In this document: positions 55,470 to 62,095 of the stretch, one piece after another | Position numbering within the stretch: position 1 is the first letter of the stretch | How the letters are laid out: each line of letters opens with the position of its first letter | Source of the DNA: an uncultured Chloroflexia bacterium | GTDB lineage: Bacteria; Chloroflexota; Limnocylindria; QHBO01 | DNA: 64,000 nucleotides | Direction: 5' to 3' | NCBI GenBank assembly: GCA_963825905.1 | Contig: CAWGUL010000005.1 | Span: 25,751 to 89,750, forward strand | Position numbers and translations under genes: made by a program | Notes under the pieces: model-generated | Told to the model about the DNA's origin: nothing | Seen by the model: the letters and a program-made list of their open reading frames with translations, nothing else | Database searches by the model: none

Positions 55470-57416
55470 TCAGCTCGTGGGCTCGAGGCGGCTGAAGTAG
55501 TCGCGCACGAAGTCCTTGAGCGTGATCGGGACCTGCTGGTTGTCCAGCTGGTTGTTGGCAAAGTTCAGGAAGGCGTCGAAGACGGACCGATAGGGGACGA
55601 CCGATCCGTTGTCGAACCCGGCCCCGGTCTGGCTGCCGGGCTTCTGCTGGCCGCCGCTGCCGCCCTGCCCGGCGATGTAGCTCGGGTCCCCGGGCCGGCC
55701 GAACCGATTGAATGGCGCGTAGAAGGTATCCGTCCCTTCCGTGAAGGGCTTGTTCCCCTGGGTCGGGCCGTTGAAGCTACCGGTGCGCAGGCCGCCGCCC
55801 GGGATCCGGTGCACGGTCGTGCCACCGCCTCCGCCCGGCTGGCCGCCGGGCTGGCCCCCTGGCTGTCCGCCGGGTTGCCCACCCGGTTGACCCCCGGGTT
55901 GACCGCCCGGCTGGCCCGACCCTCCCGGCTGCCCCGAGGCGCCCGGCTGGCCACTGCCGCCCGGCTGGCCACTGCCGCCCGGCTGGCCACTGCCGCCCGG
56001 CTGGCCACTCGCACCCGGTTGACCGCTGGACCCGGGCTGCCCGCTCGTGCCCGGCTGCCCGCTGGACCCCGGCTGCCCGCTGGACCCCGGCTGGCCGCTC
56101 GCACCGGGCTGCCCGCTGGACGCCGGCCGGCTGGACGCGCCCGGCTGGCCAGAAGACCCAGGCTGCCCGCTGGCGCCGGGCTGGCCGCTGGCGTTCGCTG
56201 CGGGCTGCCCTGCGCGCGCGACCTGGCGCGAACCGTCCTGCAGCGCCGACTGCGCGCGCGCGACGTCGCGCTGCAGCTGGCGATCCCGCTCCGCGCCGCG
56301 CAGCGCCGAGGCCGCCGCGGCAAGGGCCTGCTGCGCCCTCTGTACGTCCTGTGGCGATCCCGTCCGCGCCGCCTGCTCCAGCGCGTCCGCTGCGGAGGTG
56401 AGCGCGCGGGCGACGTCGGGGTGGCTGGCGGTCGCCGCGGCCGCGGCGTCGCGAAGGGCGCCGGCCCGCGCACGCGCCGTCGGTTCGTCGATCGAGCCCG
56501 CCTGCTGGCCGAGCTGCTCGAGGTCACGCGCCGCCTGCTCGGCCTCGCCCTGCGGGTTGGCGTCCTCGCGTCCCGTGGCCGCCCGCGAAACCTGCTGCGC
56601 CAGGCGAGTGAGGGCCGCGTCGCGCTGCGACGCCTGCGGATCGCTCATTCGTGCGAGCTGCTCCTGGACGCTGCCGATGCGCGCCAGCGTCGCCTGGCGG
56701 TCGTTGCCCTGGGCGCGCAGCTGGCGCACGAGGTTGCGGAGCTCGTCGATGAGTGCCTGCCGGCGCGGATCGTTTGCCTCGCCCGGCCGCTCGGCCCGAT
56801 TCGCGATCTGCTCGACGCGGTTGGCGACCTCCTGCGCCGCGTTGCGCGCCGCGCGCCGGTCTGCGATCACGCCGTCCTGGGGATTCGGCCATACCGCCAG
56901 CAGCGCGACGAAGGCCACGGCCCCCACGGCGGCCAACGCCGGGCGCCGAGCCACCGTGGGTCGGAAGGCACGCGGCTCGTCAACCGTCGCGAGCTGCGCC
57001 CGCGCGTCGCGGAGCTGGAGCTCCACCAGCTCGCCGGCGGGGCCGTCGGGCGGATCCGCCACCGCGAGCTCGAGCGAGGTCGCGAGCCGTTCGCGCAGGC
57101 CGAGCTCGTCGTCCGCTCGGCGCGCCGTGTCGACGAGCGTCGGTCGCCGCACGCCACACCAGGCAAGCCACGCCACGAGCGCGATCGCGGCGATCGCAAG
57201 GTCGATGAGCGGCGCCGCCTCGAGCGCGACGCTGCGGGCGACGAGCTGCGCGAGCGCCACCGCACCCAGCGCCGCCGCGGCGGCCACGACGGCACCCCGG
57301 ATCGCGCGCCGCAGCCAGAGGCGGAGTCGCAGCCGTCGGAGGCGCCGGGCAGCGTCGGCTCCCATTCGCGCTCGAACCTCGGCGAGGAGCTGGCGCTCGT
57401 CCTCGAGACGTGTCAT
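55470..57416 (-). CDS. 648-aa membrane-anchored coiled-coil protein with (XSGQPG)16-(GQPG)6 repeat region
   Basis: ATGA overlap with the upstream permease stop. TM segments near residues 40-110. Long Ala/Arg/Gln-rich helical region, Gly/Pro repeat, then a conserved-looking C-terminal ~110 aa (...VVPYRSVFDAFLNFANNQLD...DYFSRLEP). Confidence 0.7.
   Translation of the reverse strand: MTRLEDERQLLAEVRARMGADAARRLRRLRLRLWLRRAIRGAVVAAAAALGAVALAQLVARSVALEAAPLIDLAIAAIALVAWLAWCGVRRPTLVDTARRADDELGLRERLATSLELAVADPPDGPAGELVELQLRDARAQLATVDEPRAFRPTVARRPALAAVGAVAFVALLAVWPNPQDGVIADRRAARNAAQEVANRVEQIANRAERPGEANDPRRQALIDELRNLVRQLRAQGNDRQATLARIGSVQEQLARMSDPQASQRDAALTRLAQQVSRAATGREDANPQGEAEQAARDLEQLGQQAGSIDEPTARARAGALRDAAAAATASHPDVARALTSAADALEQAARTGSPQDVQRAQQALAAAASALRGAERDRQLQRDVARAQSALQDGSRQVARAGQPAANASGQPGASGQPGSSGQPGASSRPASSGQPGASGQPGSSGQPGSSGQPGTSGQPGSSGQPGASGQPGGSGQPGGSGQPGGSGQPGASGQPGGSGQPGGQPGGQPGGQPGGQPGGQPGGQPGGGGGTTVHRIPGGGLRTGSFNGPTQGNKPFTEGTDTFYAPFNRFGRPGDPSYIAGQGGSGGQQKPGSQTGAGFDNGSVVPYRSVFDAFLNFANNQLDNQQVPITLKDFVRDYFSRLEPTS
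55833..56204 (-). repeat. in-frame coding tandem repeat: 12-nt units x7 then 18-nt units x~16
   Basis: Forward strand shows gcccggctggcc-type 12-mers from 55833. It has three perfect copies of gcccggctggccactgcc at 55941-55994, followed by diverged 18-mers up to about 56204. Confidence 0.85.
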
Positions 57417-58615
57417 GGCTCGAGCTCCGGGACGGCCGGGGCGCCTTCCCTCGACGCGGCCGTGACGGACCGCCGCCGGCGGAAGACGAAGCGCATCCCG
57501 GCCGGGACGACGAGGCGCATCGCCGCCACGGTGAGGAGCAGCGACAGCAGGGCGAAGCTGATCACGAAGCGCAGCAGGAAGTGGCTGCTGACCAGCTCCG
57601 GCGCCACGGTATCGGTGGAGCCTGGCGCAGCCGTCCTGCAGTCGGGCGGCGCGTTCGGCGGGCAGTCCACCGCGACCCCTCCGCCGACCCCTCCGCCAAC
57701 GCCGACGCCGACCGGCTTGGTCGGCACGGGCGTCGGCACGTTCACGACATTCCCGCCGCGGATCGACTGCATCGCCTGGGTGAAGTCGCCGTACTGGAGC
57801 TCCGTGTTCGCCACCACCTCGATCATCGCCACCGCCGGGTTGACCCAGAGCAGCTGCTCCGGCGCGCGGCGCACCTCCGCGAACTGGTTGCTCGGGTCGT
57901 TCGTGGCGATCTCGGTCCAGAAGCGCCAGACGAGGAGCGTGCCGATGACGATGACGAGGATCGTGGTGTACGTGAGAACCGTTGCCGCCTGCGTGCGCCG
58001 AACGAGCGCACTGTAGAAGACACCGATGACGCCGAAGCCGATGGCGGTGACGAAGAGGATGATCTGCTGGCGGACGATGTCGTCGATGCCGGCTCCGCCG
58101 TACATGAGGACCAGGGCGCTCACCGGGATGGCGGCCACGATGAGCAGGAACACGAAGGCGAGCGCGGCGAGGAGCTTGCCGACGACGATCGCGCCCGGCC
58201 GCATCGGCGTCGTTACCAGCAGGTCGAGAGTCTGCTTCTCGCGCTCGAGGCTGATCGCGCCTGCCGTGAACGCTGGCGCGATGAAGGCGACGAGCAGGAG
58301 CTGGAAGACGGAGAGGAGCGAGAAGATCGCCTGACCGATGCTGGCCGATGCGTTCGCGAGCGCCACCCCGCCGGCAAGCCCGCCGGGATCGACCGGCGCG
58401 CCGCCGGCGAGGTCCCGCGCCTGTGGCGCCTGGACCGTGTAGGCGCCGTAGGCGATCACCGCCAGGGCGGCGAGGTAGAGGGTCAGCACGACGAAGGCGC
58501 GCCGGCCGCGGAAGCGTCCGCGCAGCTCGCGGCTGAGGATCGTGCGGACCGATGCGGCGAAGTCGGCGGCGACGGCCGTACGCCGTCGAGTCGAAGCCGT
58601 GGCCGCGGTCGTCAT
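57413..58615 (-). CDS. ABC-2 type transporter permease with extended extracytoplasmic insert
   Basis: Six or more TMs. ISLEREKQTLDLLVTTPM motif typical of ABC-2/GldF-like permeases. Gly/Val/Pro-rich insert with CPPNAPPDC. Confidence 0.75.
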   Translation of the reverse strand: MTTAATASTRRRTAVAADFAASVRTILSRELRGRFRGRRAFVVLTLYLAALAVIAYGAYTVQAPQARDLAGGAPVDPGGLAGGVALANASASIGQAIFSLLSVFQLLLVAFIAPAFTAGAISLEREKQTLDLLVTTPMRPGAIVVGKLLAALAFVFLLIVAAIPVSALVLMYGGAGIDDIVRQQIILFVTAIGFGVIGVFYSALVRRTQAATVLTYTTILVIVIGTLLVWRFWTEIATNDPSNQFAEVRRAPEQLLWVNPAVAMIEVVANTELQYGDFTQAMQSIRGGNVVNVPTPVPTKPVGVGVGGGVGGGVAVDCPPNAPPDCRTAAPGSTDTVAPELVSSHFLLRFVISFALLSLLLTVAAMRLVVPAGMRFVFRRRRSVTAASREGAPAVPELEP

Positions 58616-59580
58616 GCCGCCTCCTCGTCGTGACCGGTGACCTGGAGGAACAGCTCCTCGAGGTCGCTCGTGACCTGGGCAAAGCCGCTCACGCGATGGC
58701 CCTCCGCCACGAGCGCCGCCAGGAGCGCCGCCTGCTCGCCGGGGTCACCATCGAAGCCGACCTCCAGGCGCGTCGGCCGGCCCTCCGCCGCGGTCGCCCG
58801 CTGGACGCTCATCACCCGGCCATCGGTTCCCAGGCGGTCGACGACCGCGTCGACCTCCGGCTCGTCGCCGAGCAGGTCGATGCGCAGCAGCGCGGTGGCG
58901 CGGAGGGAGCGCTCGATCTCGGCCAGGCTGCCGGCGCGGAGGAGCCGGCCGCGATCGATGATGCCGACGCTCGTGCACAGCTCGGCGAGCTCGGGGAGGA
59001 TGTGGCTCGAGACGAGGATCGTCTTTCCCATGCCGCGCAGCTCGCGCAGGATCTCGCGCATCTCGACCCGTGCCCGTGGATCCAGTCCCGATGCCGGCTC
59101 GTCGAGGATGAGGAGCTGCGGGTCGTGGACCAGGGTGTGGGCAAGGCAGAGACGCTGCCGCATGCCGCGCGACAGGGCCTCGACGTACGCGTCGCGCTTC
59201 TCGGTCAGCCCGACGATCTCGAGCAGCTCGCCGATCATGGGTCCGCGGCGCGAGGCGGGCACGCGATAGCAGCGCGCGAAGAAGTCGAGGTACTCCCAGA
59301 CCCGCAGGTCGTCGTAAACGCCGTAGAAGTCGGGCATGTAGCCGATCCGGCGCCGCACTTCGATCGGATCCTCGGTCACCGGGATGCCGCACACGAACGC
59401 CTCGCCGGCGGTTGGCGCGAGGAGCGTGGCGAGGATCTTCATCGTCGTCGTCTTGCCCGCGCCGTTCGGCCCGACCAGGCCGAAGATCTCGCCCGGGCCG
59501 ACGACCATGTCGATCCCCGCGACCGCGAGCTGGTCGTCATAGCGCTTCACCAGGCCACGGGTCTCGATGATCGGCGTCAT
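58612..59580 (-). CDS. ABC transporter ATP-binding protein (ABC-2/DrrA-CcmA type)
   Basis: GLVGPNGAGKTT, LSRGMRQRLCLAHTL, LLILDEPASGLD. ATGA overlaps at both ends. Confidence 0.9.
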   Translation of the reverse strand: MTPIIETRGLVKRYDDQLAVAGIDMVVGPGEIFGLVGPNGAGKTTTMKILATLLAPTAGEAFVCGIPVTEDPIEVRRRIGYMPDFYGVYDDLRVWEYLDFFARCYRVPASRRGPMIGELLEIVGLTEKRDAYVEALSRGMRQRLCLAHTLVHDPQLLILDEPASGLDPRARVEMREILRELRGMGKTILVSSHILPELAELCTSVGIIDRGRLLRAGSLAEIERSLRATALLRIDLLGDEPEVDAVVDRLGTDGRVMSVQRATAAEGRPTRLEVGFDGDPGEQAALLAALVAEGHRVSGFAQVTSDLEELFLQVTGHDEEAA

Positions 59581-61977
59581 GGGAGCGTCCCGTGGATGCG
59601 TGCCGAGGCGAAGAGCGAGAAGGAGCCCTGCGCGGCGGGGACGTCACCGGTGACGCGGACCCGGATCGTGCCGCCGGAGCGCAGGACGCGCGAGGCGTCC
59701 GGCACCGGAAAGTGGCTCGTCACGTCCGGCGTGCCGAGCCGGATCCAGCTCCCGTCCGTCACGTCCTGGACCTCCACGGTGTAGCCGGGCGGCATGAACG
59801 CCCCGGCTGCCGGCCTGGTCGAGGAGAACCGTGCCGGGGTCGCTACCCACGATGACCGTCACCGCATCGGCATCGATGCCGGACATCTCGAGCGGTGCCG
59901 AGATCTCGAATGTGGCACTGCCGGTCCCGATGAGCAGGCTGAACGGATCGGCACGGCTGACGTTGCCCTCCGTGGCCACGACCCGGGACACGAGGTCGAT
60001 CGGGGCGAGAGTGACGTCGGAGGGGTCGACGGTCGGTCGGCCCGAGACGATCTCGATCGACTGGCTGTAGCGCTGGACCTGCTGCCCATCGACGGTGACG
60101 TCGATCGGCCCGCCCGGATGCCAGCCGACGACGAACGGCCCGCGGTCCGCGCCGGCGCTGACGAAGCTGACCGGCGTCTGGCCGCCGAATCCCACGAGGG
60201 CGGCGAGCGCCGCGCGGCGGACCTCGCGGGTGCGCCCGGCATCGGTCGATGGGTCGCCGCGCGTGAAGCCGTAGACCTGGTCGCTGGGCGAGGTGCCGGT
60301 GAAGTCGGCGGCCGCGAGCTCGAAGTCCTGCGACGCGTGCGCGGCGAGCGTGCCGACCATCTCCCCGGACGAGCCGGTGACGACCGCCACGTCCTCCACC
60401 GGCGCGTCGGTCAGGTTCGTCACCGACCCCCGCAGCCGGCCCTGGACGTACTGCCACGAGACCCGCAGCGAGGGCTGATACGGGACGAGCGTCTCGGCGC
60501 GGATCGCCTTCATGCCGAACACGTTGACCGCCAGGTTGCGGAGGTGCGCGGGATCGCCCTGCTCGGTCGCCTGGCTCACGCCCGCCGGGTCGCCGGTGGT
60601 CGACACCGCCGCAAGCAGCGCGTCCCCGGGCACCGAGAGGTCGTAGGTCGCGCGCGACGGGCTGAAGATCCCGGCCCAGGTGCTCGCACTGGCCACGGTC
60701 CCGTCCGCGACGGTGCGGATGACCGTGATCTGGTTGACGATGATCTGGCTGCCCTTCAGCGAGGTGCCGATCCCGTACGAGCCGGCCGAGAAGACGAGGA
60801 CGAGGATCGGCGCGGTCACCCAGGCCAGATCGCGGCGGTCGAGACGACGCAGGGCGACGTAGCTGATCGGACCGATGAGCAGGATGTAGGCGACGATGAT
60901 CGCCAGCAGCAGCTCGGCGGGCGGCACGGCGAGGGCCGGCAGGTTGACGAGCGCCTGGCTCATTCCGACCGCCATGTCCTCGGGACGCGGGACCCCACCG
61001 AAGAACGTGCCGAGCGGGTTGCCGGCGACGAGGCGCGCCCAGACGGCACCGCCCGGCTGCCAGCCCGCGAATGCCGGCGCGGCCAGGTCGGCTCCGATCC
61101 AGGTGACCCGGCCGGCGCCGCGGGGGACGCTCGCGATGAGCGGGCGATCGTCCCCCGTGGCGAGCGGCACGAGCGTCCGGGCTCCCTCGACCGGCGTGCC
61201 GGTCGCCACCGTCAGCGTCGTGACGCCGGCCGGCAGCGCGCCCGCCAGCGCGGTGAGGCCGGAGACCGGGGCGCCGTCGACCGCGGCGATGCCCCGCAGG
61301 GGGAGCAGGTTCGTGAAGCCTTCGGCACGAGCCTGCCAGTCCGGACCGCCGACGACGAGGAGCTGGCCGCCCGTCGCCACCCAGCGCTCGAGCGTCTGGC
61401 GCTGCCCGTCGGTGAGGGCGCTGCTGTCGCCGGCCCACACGATGACCTCGACTCCGCGCAGCGGCTCCGGCCGCTCCGGCAGGTCGCCGACCGGCACGTC
61501 GAACGGCGCGAGCGGATCGGCCGCGTCACGCGCCGCCAGCTGCGCGCGCAGCGCGCCGGCGGTATCCCCGACGATCGCGACCGTCGCCCCGCTCGTGTCG
61601 AGCGCGCGCAGCGCCACGGTGGCGGTGACGCTTCCTGCGTCGCTTTCGAAGGCCACCTCGAGCTGGCGAACGAAGGCGGCCGGCCGCAGGTAGAGGACGA
61701 CCTCCTTGCGCGCGCCCGCCGGCAGCTCGACCGCGCGCGCCACCTCGCCGGAGGCCGAATCGGCGACGAGACGGCCGGTGACCGGCGGCCCGTCATTGGC
61801 GAGGCTCACCGCGACGGCCGCCCATTCGCCGGCTTCGAAGCGCCCACCGAGGAGGCCGCGCGCCGACATCGTGATCGGGGAGGCCGCATGGACGGGCGCC
61901 GCGAGCAGGACGAGGAGCATCGCCAGCGCGCCGGCGCTGGCCCAGCGGCGGGTGATGGCTCGGGTCGGGATCCTCAT
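59577..61977 (-). pseudogene. ~799-aa signal-peptide/TM protein of unknown function (first gene of the ABC-2/MoxR operon); one extra base near 59806 as sequenced
   Basis: Signal peptide WASAGALAMLLVLLAAPVHAA. GATase1-like block VEVIVWAGDSS...GGQLLVVGG. Mid-protein TMs. ...GSDPGTVLLDQAGS, then the next frame continues GAFMPPGYTVEVQDVTDGSWIRLG...ARIHGTLP. Span length is 3n+1. Alternative start GTG 61989. Confidence 0.65.
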
Positions 61978-62080
61978 CTCCCCTCGCACGGCGGGTGGCG
62001 ACGTTGAAGACGCGCGGCCCGCGCGACGAGTTGCACCGGCACCCCCGGGCCGAGTGTACGGCCGGCGCCGGGGCCGATGC

Positions 62081-62086
62081 TATAGT
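62081..62086 (+). promoter_or_regulatory. extended -10 box (TGcTATAGT) of a probable leaderless promoter
   Basis: 9 nt upstream of ATG 62096. No Shine-Dalgarno. Confidence 0.4.
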
Positions 62087-62095
62087 GGCCCGCCG

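Noticed and set aside
55833-56204. Regular short tandem repeats that could be mistaken for a CRISPR array or a minisatellite.
   Set aside because: The units are contiguous with no spacers, are 12 and 18 nt long and in frame, and translate to GQPG/XSGQPG inside a long ORF. No cas genes are present.
1286-59806. Programmed ribosomal frameshifting as the explanation for the frame breaks.
   Set aside because: I saw no slippery heptamers or conserved stimulatory structures at the break sites. The breaks occur in unrelated housekeeping-type genes, up to eight per gene. Programmed shifting cannot plausibly account for that.
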